From NCBI GenBank assembly GCA_049852185.1, contig CP187540.1: a DNA stretch of 64,000 bases. One strand, written 5' to 3'. This stretch comes from Methanocaldococcus sp. 28A. GTDB taxonomy: Archaea > AGJL01 > Methanococci > Methanococcales > Methanocaldococcaceae. Position 1 is the first letter of the stretch. Each line of letters begins with the position of its first letter. Position numbers and translations under genes: made by a program. Positions 41,987 to 53,510 of the stretch are shown here, one piece after another. The notes beneath the pieces were generated by a model. That model was not told the origin of the DNA, ran no database searches, and worked only from the letters and a program-made list of their open reading frames with translations.

Positions 41987-43172
41987 AAAATCCCTCCAAT
42001 ATGGATATAATATTACTCTCTTTGGCAAAGTTTTTGAATATTCTTTCCACATTATGTTTTGATTTACTTTTTCTTTTTGATGAGATAGAATGCCCTTTTC
42101 TAAGTAACAAATAAAGAGTATTTTCTAAAACATCCAAACGTTCAGAGTTTATTGCTCTATATAAATCTTTTACCATAATATAAGCAAGATTTTCGTTATC
42201 CTCACTTATAGGATTTCTATGCTCATATAAAGCTAAATATAAAAGCTCTTCAAGTGGAATTTTATTGTCTGATGATTCAAACATTAAATAACGATTAATT
42301 CTGTTAATGTATTTTTTCATAAATTTCAAACTATTTCTTAAATTAAGTTCTAAAACATATTTTGCAAGATATATGTTATTATCACTAAGTTCAATAACAT
42401 AGAGTGTCACTGGAAATAACTCTAAAGATACTTGCCTTTTTGCAAGTTCCATTGATAATAATAACTCGTAAATTTCTTCACTTTCAAGAGAAAATTTCCT
42501 TTGAATATTAATTTGAGTTAATAACTCTAACTCTCCTAAAATTTTCCCTAACGCATATTTTTCATCTTCTATACCATATTTTACTGCTAAATAGTATCTT
42601 TCAATATCATTTTTTAGCATTAAGTAATATTTCTTCCCAAAGTATCCAGCAAAACATAACAAAAACCCAATAGATAATATACTAAACCATACTGGGTCAA
42701 GATTTATTATGGATTTTCTACCTTTTGTTGGAGTTAAGAATTCACTTGCATATTCATAAAACTCAACTTGCTTTATAATTGCAGGTAAAATTGCATAAAT
42801 TTTCTTATATGGAATTCCAAAATTAATAGAATCTTTTTCTATTTTTATAGTAGTTAAAGATGTTTTTGCATCAATTTTATTTTCTTCTAAGAGTTTTATA
42901 GTTTTTTCAACAATATTAACCATTAAAGATGTATATTCCACTGGAGGATTTGTATTAAACCAGTTTTGATATGTCTTTGTATATGATATTTTATCGTTTC
43001 TTGATAACTTACTTGAACTTATATTTTTGATTTTTTCTTTGAAACTATTTAAATAATTTCTTAAAATTTTCGCTAAAGTAGGATTATCTATTTTATCAAT
43101 ATCAACTCTGGTTATTATTTGAGACAGTCCATGCAATAAAATTTCTTTGGTAAATCCATCTATTGGAATCAT
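41979..43172 (-). CDS. cas8a2: Cas8a2 (Csa4/Csx9-like) large subunit
   Basis: Position between cas5 and cas3'; PIDGF start and LPAIIKQVEFYE segment typical of the family. Confidence 0.75.
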   Translation of the reverse strand: MIPIDGFTKEILLHGLSQIITRVDIDKIDNPTLAKILRNYLNSFKEKIKNISSSKLSRNDKISYTKTYQNWFNTNPPVEYTSLMVNIVEKTIKLLEENKIDAKTSLTTIKIEKDSINFGIPYKKIYAILPAIIKQVEFYEYASEFLTPTKGRKSIINLDPVWFSILSIGFLLCFAGYFGKKYYLMLKNDIERYYLAVKYGIEDEKYALGKILGELELLTQINIQRKFSLESEEIYELLLSMELAKRQVSLELFPVTLYVIELSDNNIYLAKYVLELNLRNSLKFMKKYINRINRYLMFESSDNKIPLEELLYLALYEHRNPISEDNENLAYIMVKDLYRAINSERLDVLENTLYLLLRKGHSISSKRKSKSKHNVERIFKNFAKESNIISILEGFYD

Positions 43173-43891
43173 ACTAAAATCACCTCTTCATCAACATCAA
43201 TAAATCTCAAATCTCCCCTAACTTTTACTTTACCAATTGGATACACAATAATCATCTTCTTTGCATTTGTATAGTTGGTTAATTCCTCTCTCCAATCAAC
43301 TACTGCCTGTAATATCCCTTTTCCATCGTAATCAGTTATATTTTTAAACTCAAAAGAATACTGTGTTTCAACTTCATTTCCTTCTTTAATTTTACCTTTT
43401 CCAACAATAACATTTTCAACTGAAACTACTGATTCCCTTGAACCAATTCTTACAATTCCCCATCCAGCCCTTTCAAAGTCCTTAATTGTATATTCTGAAT
43501 TTTCTAAAATCTCATCATTGAATACATAAGCAATTTTTATTTTGAAGTCCTTTTCTCCATACATTATACTCATTGGCAGAGATGTTATTGCACTATCTAC
43601 TTCTCCCCTATAATATCTATTAATTCTCAATATTGAACCATAGATTACTGGATTTCCTTCAACTTTAACTGCAACAGTCATGAACAAATTCCTCAACATT
43701 TCTGTAGAGCATTTATCCCCATTTATAACTTCTTTACGTAGCCCTTTTACATGAAACAAGGAATAACTTATCGCCCCAATGAGAGATGTTAATGTAGGAT
43801 ACCTAAATGCTGAACGCATCTTACTCTGTGGGGCAGAACGCAAAGCTAAAATACCGCTTGGCTTTGCTTCAATAATTAAAAAGGAAGGCAA
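43169..43891 (-). CDS. cas5a: Cas5 (type I-A)
   Basis: YPTLTSLIGAI, RIGSRESVVSV; GTG/TTG-type start. Confidence 0.9.
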   Translation of the reverse strand: MPSFLIIEAKPSGILALRSAPQSKMRSAFRYPTLTSLIGAISYSLFHVKGLRKEVINGDKCSTEMLRNLFMTVAVKVEGNPVIYGSILRINRYYRGEVDSAITSLPMSIMYGEKDFKIKIAYVFNDEILENSEYTIKDFERAGWGIVRIGSRESVVSVENVIVGKGKIKEGNEVETQYSFEFKNITDYDGKGILQAVVDWREELTNYTNAKKMIIVYPIGKVKVRGDLRFIDVDEEVILV

Positions 43892-43902
43892 AAGAAATCA
43901 CC

Positions 43903-44853
43903 TCAGATAACATTTTTTTCTCTTGCATAACTAATCATCTCTGCCAAACATTCTTCTGGAGTTTCAATACCATTTTCAATTGTTATGAATTTTGTTTCTT
44001 CGTCAAATATATTTTTGACGACTTCAAGTCTCTTTTTTGTTTTTTCTATATAGTTATCATATATTGGGGATGTTACACTAAATGGATGTTCAGTTATTGC
44101 TATTGCAATGGATGTTATGTTTCCTACAGGGAAAAACCTTGAAAGTTTTGCCCCAAATTGTTGAGATGATAGCATTCTAAATATCTCTTTTAATGAAACC
44201 TCTCTTCTTTTTTTAATGTTTTCTTTATCAACAACACGCTTATTTGTTAAACCACTTATTCCAATTGCATCTAAATCAAGGTTAAAAATAAAACCATATA
44301 ATGCTGTTCCAGTCTCTACATAGTAAATCATCTGTTCAGATGCCCCCTCTTTTTTCTCCCCTCCTGTTTGTGCATGTCTTGCATGTAGTTGTGGTTCTGT
44401 TGTTGCATAAACAGCCATAGATTTTATTGGTAATGCATAACTAAACTGGAATGCAGAGGTTCTTTTTACTGGAGGTTTCTCAGCATACATAAAACCTCCA
44501 ACATCCTCGATAACACAAGATTTTATTATACTTTCTTCTATTTTTTCTCTATTATTTGGTATTGGCTTTATTTTTTTCTCCAAATGTTTTTTATTCATTG
44601 ATTTAAAGAACTCAAATTTTTTACAATCTTCGCAGACTGGGAGATTTAATTTCTTACATTCCTTAACAAGTAATTCCTGATATGCATGTCCTAAACTCTC
44701 CCCACTTATTGCGGGAACATAAATAGTTTTTAATTTTCCATCTTTTTCTATAATATATGGAACTCTTCTATGCTTTGAGTAGTTTCCAACAGTCTCTACC
44801 ATATTCAATGCTTCAACATTAGCCTCAAATCTAACTCCGATACTAATAAACAT
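43903..44853 (-). CDS. cas7: Cas7/Csa2 backbone (type I-A)
   Basis: ALNMVETVGN, VPAISGESLGH, EDVGGF, FGAKLSRFFP. Confidence 0.95.
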   Translation of the reverse strand: MFISIGVRFEANVEALNMVETVGNYSKHRRVPYIIEKDGKLKTIYVPAISGESLGHAYQELLVKECKKLNLPVCEDCKKFEFFKSMNKKHLEKKIKPIPNNREKIEESIIKSCVIEDVGGFMYAEKPPVKRTSAFQFSYALPIKSMAVYATTEPQLHARHAQTGGEKKEGASEQMIYYVETGTALYGFIFNLDLDAIGISGLTNKRVVDKENIKKRREVSLKEIFRMLSSQQFGAKLSRFFPVGNITSIAIAITEHPFSVTSPIYDNYIEKTKKRLEVVKNIFDEETKFITIENGIETPEECLAEMISYAREKNVI

Positions 44854-45206
44854 TATTCATCACCTCCATATGTCAGTGGAATCGTTAAAGCAAATATAGC
44901 CAATTTTCTTGCATAACTCATATCTTCTTTAACTTTTTTTAAAAAATTCTCAACTTCTTCTGAATTTGGGATATTTGGTAAATAAATAGGCTTATTTGTT
45001 TGCTTATCGTAGATAACTTTTTTACCATCTTCAATTTCTGCACTATTGTGGATTGATTGAAAATCTCTTAAAGCATCTTTTATAGCTACTTCTACGGGCT
45101 CATATGTTAAAGCATTACCAATTCTGTCTATATAACTAAAATTTTTTGTTCTTACAAAGAATCTCAGCATTTTTATTAAACTACTAAAATCTTCTACGAA
45201 CTCCAT
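44853..45206 (-). CDS. csa5: Csa5/Cas11a small subunit
   Basis: YIDRIGNAL, LAIFAL; first gene of the I-A operon. Confidence 0.9.
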   Translation of the reverse strand: MEFVEDFSSLIKMLRFFVRTKNFSYIDRIGNALTYEPVEVAIKDALRDFQSIHNSAEIEDGKKVIYDKQTNKPIYLPNIPNSEEVENFLKKVKEDMSYARKLAIFALTIPLTYGGDE

Positions 45207-45288
45207 CGTATCACCTCACCATGTATTATAAATGAATGTCATAATATATAAACTTTTTGGTTAATTTGTTTTATTGGAAATTGCAAAG

Positions 45289-45308
45289 TGTTTCATAATT
45301 ATGAAACA
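45289..45308. promoter_or_regulatory. Perfect 20-bp palindrome upstream of the I-A operon promoter
   Basis: TGTTTCATAATTATGAAACA about 37 bp upstream of the minus-strand BRE/TATA CCAAAAAGTTTATATA (45260-45245). Confidence 0.7.
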
Positions 45309-45456
45309 AAAATAAATATGTGTAATATTGAGAATCAAATTTCTAATTTAACAAAAAAAACAAAAAATATCCGAATATTATGACAAAATAAAGTTTAAAT
45401 TAGAGTTAAAAATATTCATTATATGTTCTAATGAAACACTTTTAGTAATGTTTCAT

Positions 45457-46972
<1,516 letters not shown>

Positions 46973-48964
46973 TTAAAGAATGTCGTCATCCAAAGATATA
47001 TCACTGTATTTTACGAGCAAATCATAAATTTCAATTCTCTTTTTTGAGTATATTGGAGCAAGTAACTCTATCTCTTTACTCAATTCTTCAAAGAAATTTT
47101 TATTTTCAAAGTATTTTTCTTTGAATATTTTCCAACTTTCAAATTTTTGTAAAAATATGTCCCCAATATAATCAGAATACAAAAATTTAAACCATTCTCC
47201 AATATCACTTCCGCCAATAGTTGAAGGAAATTCCCTATCGAGTAAAGAAAAAGTTAAAATTCCTCTAACTATAGTTTCTCTCTTCTCTCTAAAATCTTTA
47301 ATAATAACAGTTCTATTTTTTTTATCAACTTCAACAAAGGCATTATCTAAAATCCACAATAAGTCATATTCTGTCTCTCTTCCATCTTCATAGATAACCT
47401 TCCAAATAACGCTGTCTCCTCTAAACCTTTTGAAAGAATTTTTAATGCTATTCCACCATTTTAATAATTCTTCCTTTATATTTTCTTCAACGATTTCTTC
47501 ATTCTCATCTTTTTCAATTTTCTTTATTTTTTCATTTAGATGATGTAAAACCCAATAATATGGAAACTTATCCCTTAAATTTTCAAGTATTTCTCTTCTT
47601 TGATAAGTTAATTTTTCATTATATTCTTTCATAGAGTTAAGAACACTCCAAAGAACCGCTCCACAAAATTTAGGAACTTTGTCTTTTTTAAATTCTTTAT
47701 CTTCAAAAGCCTTTTTCATCAAATTTACAAATTCATAGTAATCCAATTTTTCTTTTTTAATTCCATTGAAATGTTTCTTTAAGTTATTGTAGGTTTTTGT
47801 TATTATTGTACAGTATATTTTACATTTCTCCATTCTCCTCCCCACTCTTCCAATCCTTTGCATAAAATTCCTAAAATATAATCCTGAATCCATAAAACAT
47901 AGAGAAACTGGATAATTAACTCCAACTTCTGCCTTTGATGTAGTTATTATGACATCAGTTTTGTTTAAAATTTCATCCAAATTTTCATTGCTTTTTTCTC
48001 TTGTTTGTAAGCCAGTATTAACCCAAACCTCTGCATCAATCTCATTTTCAATAATATATTTTATTTTCATGGCATCTCTCAAAGAATTAAAAATAATCAA
48101 AATCTTCTCATTGTTAGAGATTGCTTTTTCTATAATATCCTTTATATCTTCTTTTAATTTCCCATCTTCAACTAAATAACCAAATAAACTCCTTTCAATA
48201 TGTCTTGAAATTTTTATAAACTCAATTTCCATTTCTCCTTGAATAATTCTCCCTTCATTACTCAATGGTTGTTCAATAATTTCAGGGGTAATTCCATTTT
48301 CATATAACAATTCTATTAAATTCTCTTCTGGTGTTGCTGAAACAAAAAACCATTTTATCTGCTTAAATACCTCTTTTGTCATTAGAAACCAAATTAAAAT
48401 ATTTGCTATTTGCTCCTCATCATACAAATGATATTCATCGAAAATAACATAATCTAATGCATTGAAAAACTCTAACCAATCAGAAAATCCCTTTAAATGT
48501 CTAAATTTTTCATTTTTTCTCGGCAGATGATATCCACTATTTATCATATAATTTAGAATGTCTGGATTCGTTACAGCAATTTCGCAATTTTTTAATTTTT
48601 CTATTAATTCTTCTCCTCTTTCTTTTCCCTTTTTCGTTAATGTTTTTCCAGTTATTACCTCAACCTTAATTCCTTGCTCTTTTAATGTCTTTTCAATATC
48701 TTCAGCCAATGCATTTGTCGGAACTACAATTAACCCTCTTTTAGAAGTTAAATAATTGTTGTCCTTTGCATATAAGATAGGAAAAGCAAAAGAAAATGTC
48801 TTTCCTGCACCAGTTGGGGCAACAATAAAATAAACATCGTTCTTTAATTCAGCAATATCTGAATAAAATATCTCTTGAAATTTATGTAATCTAAGATTTC
48901 CTCTAATAACCTTATCTCCAAAAGGCAAACATTTTTTTGAAATCCTTAATTTTAAAGACTCCAT
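46973..48964 (-). CDS. cas3d: Cas3' helicase of type I-D (no HD domain)
   Basis: APTGAGKT, TNPDIL, DEYH, SATP, QRIGRVGR. Confidence 0.92.
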   Translation of the reverse strand: MESLKLRISKKCLPFGDKVIRGNLRLHKFQEIFYSDIAELKNDVYFIVAPTGAGKTFSFAFPILYAKDNNYLTSKRGLIVVPTNALAEDIEKTLKEQGIKVEVITGKTLTKKGKERGEELIEKLKNCEIAVTNPDILNYMINSGYHLPRKNEKFRHLKGFSDWLEFFNALDYVIFDEYHLYDEEQIANILIWFLMTKEVFKQIKWFFVSATPEENLIELLYENGITPEIIEQPLSNEGRIIQGEMEIEFIKISRHIERSLFGYLVEDGKLKEDIKDIIEKAISNNEKILIIFNSLRDAMKIKYIIENEIDAEVWVNTGLQTREKSNENLDEILNKTDVIITTSKAEVGVNYPVSLCFMDSGLYFRNFMQRIGRVGRRMEKCKIYCTIITKTYNNLKKHFNGIKKEKLDYYEFVNLMKKAFEDKEFKKDKVPKFCGAVLWSVLNSMKEYNEKLTYQRREILENLRDKFPYYWVLHHLNEKIKKIEKDENEEIVEENIKEELLKWWNSIKNSFKRFRGDSVIWKVIYEDGRETEYDLLWILDNAFVEVDKKNRTVIIKDFREKRETIVRGILTFSLLDREFPSTIGGSDIGEWFKFLYSDYIGDIFLQKFESWKIFKEKYFENKNFFEELSKEIELLAPIYSKKRIEIYDLLVKYSDISLDDDIL

Positions 48965-48989
48965 AAATATCCCCTAAAAAAAATTAGTT

Positions 48990-49082
48990 ATAGGACTTTC
49001 GCATGAATAAATTTTTATTGAATATAGACACCTATAGGTGTCAAAGTTCCTTATTTAATAATATAAACTGCGAAAGTCCTAT
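48990..49082. repeat. Family B repeat, full length, inside the I-D operon
   Basis: ATAGGACTTTCGCA...TGCGAAAGTCCTAT (14-bp perfect TIR); central GACACCTATAGGTGTC. Confidence 0.9.
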
Positions 49083-49723
49083 TAGTTAGAAAAGATATAT
49101 TCTAAATCTTCAACTTTAAACCCAGTTCCAATAATATAGTGAGAAAGAACAAATCTTAACATCTGAGATTCTCTCAATTTTACATCTTTTCTAAATATTT
49201 TCTTAATTGTGTAGAGATTTAGCCAAATTTCTACAGGTTTTTCCTTTTTTTCTTCAAACAATAAAAGACACTCTCTACCAACCCCCACCCTTAAAGTAAA
49301 TGTTTTTGGAAGTTTAATATCTTCAAAAGTCAATAAAGATGCTTCAAAAACTGAACCTTCTTTTATTCCTTGAATGTGGAAGTAATTTTTAAACAGACCT
49401 TTTCCCATTTGTTCAATAATATCTCTTCTAACCATATAGTCAGATATTTCTGATGTTTTTCTTGCAAATATTGGCGTTTTTTCATAATATATTGGCTTTC
49501 CAATAGTCCAAACAAACCCAAATTCTTTAATCTCATTATAATCGGGTTTATCTTTTACTTGGTAAGTATATTCTCTTTTCTTTGCCATTGCAAAATTTAA
49601 TGCATAATCTAAAGCGATATCTCCAATAAATGGCTCTGTTGATGCAACCCCTCCCTCTGTCTTGTTATAACAAAATAAAGGAGAGAGAAGAGTTATTTTA
49701 TAATGTCTAAGCATATTAGACAC
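49082..49723 (-). CDS. csc1: Cas5/Csc1 (type I-D)
   Basis: FIGDIALDYAL, LRVGVGR; downstream of csc2. Confidence 0.85.
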   Translation of the reverse strand: MSNMLRHYKITLLSPLFCYNKTEGGVASTEPFIGDIALDYALNFAMAKKREYTYQVKDKPDYNEIKEFGFVWTIGKPIYYEKTPIFARKTSEISDYMVRRDIIEQMGKGLFKNYFHIQGIKEGSVFEASLLTFEDIKLPKTFTLRVGVGRECLLLFEEKKEKPVEIWLNLYTIKKIFRKDVKLRESQMLRFVLSHYIIGTGFKVEDLEYIFSN

Positions 49724-50759
49724 CCATTTCCTCTAATAACTTTTTAATACCATTTTCTTTAATGATTTTACACTCAACTAAATAATTTATACAATCGTTC
49801 AAATGTTTCAAATAAAGTTGCTTCAATTTTTCTTCATCTTTTAAATACTCATTAATTAAGTTTAAGAGCTCATCTAATTTATCATTTTCAATCAATTGAG
49901 AAGACTTTTCTCTTAATTTTTCTTTAACAAACTCTTTTACATTTTCATAAGTTACTTCTCCATTAAACTCTTTTGAGATTAGATAGGATGACACTGGTGG
50001 TTCAAAAGTATCTAATGCTATTGCTATAATCTCATTTTTCATATTTGCATCCATAACATTTGATTGAGCCCCATATCTAGTTGTTTTTAAGTGGGATATT
50101 ATAGCGTGGATAAATCCTTCTGGTGTTATGTCATAGAATGTTATAAACTGTGGGAAATAAACTTCTGGTTTGATATATTGAATCCCAAACAAACTTTGTC
50201 TTTGAGAACCCTCATTTTTATCCCACATTGTTCCCTCTTCACTTAAGGCATTGTGAGTTAGTTCTTCTGTTATTTCATCTTTATCTCTAATTGAATATGC
50301 CCACTCGTAAATAACTCTTGAAGGTAAACCTACAGCTTCATTTGATTGTGTTACGCTATCTCCAAACACTATGGAGTTTGGATTTGCTAAATATTCTGAT
50401 TTTTTTATGAAGTTGTATTCAACCTCTGGATGAACTACTTTAAATTTTCTACATAATACTAATCCTGTCAATTTTTCTTTTGATTTTAATTTTCTTGAAG
50501 GAATTACTACAACGTCTTTATTTCCTATTGTTGTGCTTATAACTTCATCTGGCTCAGTTGAACGATTAATTAAATAACCAGTTGTAGTTCTTATTGTCGC
50601 TACTTTTATTACATTTGGAGTTCTTTTCGTGTATATATCTTGGAAATACTCTTTTGGGATTATTGAATAGAGTTTTTCTCTAAACTCATTAACAACATTC
50701 TCATCATACTCAACATATTTTTTGTATCCATTTTCAACCAATTTCTTTTGCTTTGCCAT
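49716..50759 (-). CDS. csc2: Cas7/Csc2 (type I-D)
   Basis: RKLKSKE, VFGD, SRVIYE, HNAL.E.GTM, YIKPEVYFP, RYGA. Confidence 0.92.
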   Translation of the reverse strand: MAKQKKLVENGYKKYVEYDENVVNEFREKLYSIIPKEYFQDIYTKRTPNVIKVATIRTTTGYLINRSTEPDEVISTTIGNKDVVVIPSRKLKSKEKLTGLVLCRKFKVVHPEVEYNFIKKSEYLANPNSIVFGDSVTQSNEAVGLPSRVIYEWAYSIRDKDEITEELTHNALSEEGTMWDKNEGSQRQSLFGIQYIKPEVYFPQFITFYDITPEGFIHAIISHLKTTRYGAQSNVMDANMKNEIIAIALDTFEPPVSSYLISKEFNGEVTYENVKEFVKEKLREKSSQLIENDKLDELLNLINEYLKDEEKLKQLYLKHLNDCINYLVECKIIKENGIKKLLEEMGV

Positions 50760-50774
50760 TGTTATCACCCCATT

Positions 50775-51149
50775 TTATTGATTTTCTTCTTGATAAGTTC
50801 TTACATTTCTTTTTTCTTTTGATTTTGTATCATAGTGGTATGCAAATGCGTATATCCAGTATCTAAGTTCTTTTTTTGAAGGAATTTTCCCTCTCCACAA
50901 TCCTTTAAACAACTCATCATACAACACATTGCAAAATTCCTCAATTTTTTCTTTTTTGCTTGGATATGGATACTTCTTATAAAGTATTCCAGCCATCATG
51001 GATTTTATCTCTTCATCACCATATCCCCTCTTTACTCCAGTTTTTAGCACATCTAAAGTCTCTCTAATCATTGACGTCTTTGATGATGCACTACCCTTGG
51101 CCCACTCTATATCTGAAGCAATATCTGCTAATTTTTCAATAATGTTCAT
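50775..51149 (-). CDS. cas11d: Putative internally translated Cas11d small subunit (124 aa)
   Basis: In-frame Met731 of cas10d preceded by GGGGTGGAAAAA-ATG, an SD-like element at canonical spacing. Confidence 0.7.
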   Translation of the reverse strand: MNIIEKLADIASDIEWAKGSASSKTSMIRETLDVLKTGVKRGYGDEEIKSMMAGILYKKYPYPSKKEKIEEFCNVLYDELFKGLWRGKIPSKKELRYWIYAFAYHYDTKSKEKRNVRTYQEENQ

Positions 51150-53339
51150 TTTTTCCACCCCAATTCTTTTATTTATAAGATTTAAGTTGTATTTTTCAGC
51201 AAATGAAAGTGGAGATGATAATTTAAACAAATAGAAATAAAATGCCATAGGATTGTCAGCATAATTATTGAATAATGAGACAATAATATTGTCAGATTTT
51301 GAACCTCCTTTTAAGGTATATCCTAATTTCCAAAGTAATTTAAATTCATCCCTAATTTTTTCAATTTCGTCTATCCTAACTTTGTCCCACCTTAATTTTT
51401 TGAACGATTTTATAGAATAATCAAATATAATCGTCTCTCTTTTTGCCTTATCTGGATTAAATGGATATGTTAAATAAAACTTAAAGCCAGTCTCATAGAC
51501 AAAATCTAAAATTTTCTTGTAGAATCTTATAAACTCAATCTGTTTGGATATATCAACAAAAGTCATTAAAAATGGCGATAATTCCTCTTCTCTTTTTACA
51601 TTGAATCCATAAACTGCTTTTATAAACAATTTAGCATCGTTCATTAAATTTCCTAAATTCTCTTCAACATTTTCAATGTATTTTGTTAAATTTTCGTCCA
51701 TTATTGGAATAAAGTAGTCATAAACGTCAATATATACCGCTTGAACATTTTCTTTTTTTCCAAAGATTAATTTTCTAAAGGTTATTTCAGTTAAACACAA
51801 GGGGCAGATGTTCTTTTTAGTGTTATTTAAAGAAACTACTGTTCTATTAGTAAAACCTCTTGGTTTAAATCCAAAACATAAGTTTTCTGTTGCTATTATA
51901 GATGATTTTCTTCCACATAATGAGCATATATTCTTTTTTGAGCCAATATCATCAAATTTCATTTCTTTTATCTTTTTTCCATTTAAATAGGCGTATCCCA
52001 GTAACTCACTAATAATCTCTTTTAAATTTACTCTCTCAGAACCACTGTAATTTGTTTTTAACAATGTTATTAAGTCAGATAGTATCTCTTTCTCATCAAA
52101 TCCTTTTTTTGTAGCAATATAAAGTTTGAGATAATTTTTTAGCCCAGTATCAGAATTTTTAATTCTATTAACAAAATCTTCATCTAAATCAAAATATTTA
52201 TCTATTTTGAAATATTTATCTTCAAACTTGGATTTTAATTTTTTAATAGTTTTTTCATTAGTTTCCGTTGGTGTTAATTGTAACAACAATTTTAAGAGTT
52301 TAAATTTTCTAAATTCCTCTTCATCGAAATCTTCAATCTTTTTTGTAAATATCTCTCTAGCTTCTTCGTCTTTTTTGGAGATATCTTTATAGAATATAAC
52401 ATCATCTAAAGATTTGATTAATCTTAATATTCTATCTTCTGTAATCTCTATAAATCTAAAAATGTCCACTTGTGCCTTTTGTCTATCAATTTTGACCATA
52501 TTTTCAATATTTCTATAAAGAAACTCTTCAAATGATTTTACCAAATAATCTTCGTCTATTTTTAAATTCCCTTCGTAAATGAAACCCTTTGGAGATATAA
52601 TGTAACAATCTACATTTTCTCTTAACCTCTCAACGATAAACCTTGCTAAAACTTCATAAGGAATATCATCAAAGTAAAATACATTTACATCCACATAATT
52701 TCTCAATTTTTTCCAAATATTTAATATTCCACTGTAACTTTCAATTGGTATAGAGATGCTATCTGCTAAATGAATAATCTCAATTAAATCATCTTTTATT
52801 AACCTATTTAATCCTCTTCTTGTTGGTAATTTGTTATCAGGAATAACAAATCTTGTTCTTTCTTCAGTTGCTAATATAAGATATTTCACAATCTCCTTTT
52901 CTTCTTCATTTAGTTCAATTTCTAAATCTTTCAAATCATTTTCAAAATATTTTTCAACTGATGTTTTCAAGTCAATTTCATTATGCAACTTATTTATATC
53001 GTGGAACGTATATGCAATTAAAAGGCACTTTAAAAGCATTCTTATGTCTTTATCATCATTATTTTCATCTATTAATCCTTTATTCAGCCATCTATTTTCT
53101 AAAACTTTTAAAGAAGGAATTATTCCATTTAGTATGTGCATAGGATAACTCATATCTGGAAGGTCTTTTGCTTCAATCTCTCCACTTTTAACTTTTTCCT
53201 CAAAAGATTTTCCACCTTTTGCTGGCTTTAAGTGATATTTTTTAAATAGATTAATAAAAACTTTATTTAAATAGTTTTTAGTTTCTTCTTGGAATAACTT
53301 AGTTTTAAAGATTTTTTTGGTTTTTACTTTAATTTCCAT
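50775..53339 (-). CDS. cas10d: Cas10d/Csc3 large subunit with N-terminal HD nuclease
   Basis: H..NG, FHDINK, HLAD; CSLCG...CPLC zinc motif. Confidence 0.9.
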   Translation of the reverse strand: MEIKVKTKKIFKTKLFQEETKNYLNKVFINLFKKYHLKPAKGGKSFEEKVKSGEIEAKDLPDMSYPMHILNGIIPSLKVLENRWLNKGLIDENNDDKDIRMLLKCLLIAYTFHDINKLHNEIDLKTSVEKYFENDLKDLEIELNEEEKEIVKYLILATEERTRFVIPDNKLPTRRGLNRLIKDDLIEIIHLADSISIPIESYSGILNIWKKLRNYVDVNVFYFDDIPYEVLARFIVERLRENVDCYIISPKGFIYEGNLKIDEDYLVKSFEEFLYRNIENMVKIDRQKAQVDIFRFIEITEDRILRLIKSLDDVIFYKDISKKDEEAREIFTKKIEDFDEEEFRKFKLLKLLLQLTPTETNEKTIKKLKSKFEDKYFKIDKYFDLDEDFVNRIKNSDTGLKNYLKLYIATKKGFDEKEILSDLITLLKTNYSGSERVNLKEIISELLGYAYLNGKKIKEMKFDDIGSKKNICSLCGRKSSIIATENLCFGFKPRGFTNRTVVSLNNTKKNICPLCLTEITFRKLIFGKKENVQAVYIDVYDYFIPIMDENLTKYIENVEENLGNLMNDAKLFIKAVYGFNVKREEELSPFLMTFVDISKQIEFIRFYKKILDFVYETGFKFYLTYPFNPDKAKRETIIFDYSIKSFKKLRWDKVRIDEIEKIRDEFKLLWKLGYTLKGGSKSDNIIVSLFNNYADNPMAFYFYLFKLSSPLSFAEKYNLNLINKRIGVEKMNIIEKLADIASDIEWAKGSASSKTSMIRETLDVLKTGVKRGYGDEEIKSMMAGILYKKYPYPSKKEKIEEFCNVLYDELFKGLWRGKIPSKKELRYWIYAFAYHYDTKSKEKRNVRTYQEENQ

Positions 53340-53510
53340 AATTACACCTTAGGTATAACTTACCAATAATATCCGTTACTTCACTATATCCTTACATTTC
53401 TTGATATATAAATTTAACCATTAACTTTTTTGGTTAAGTTTTTTAGAAATATTTATTAACATTAACTAAATGCTAAACTTAAAAAAGGTAGTTATAAAAG
53501 AGGGAGAAAA

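Noticed and set aside
45270-45440. CreTA/CreR-like mini-array between cas1 and csa5 (ATGAAAC resembles the repeat handle)
   Set aside because: No repeat core and the spacing is wrong; better explained as operator half-sites or a terminator
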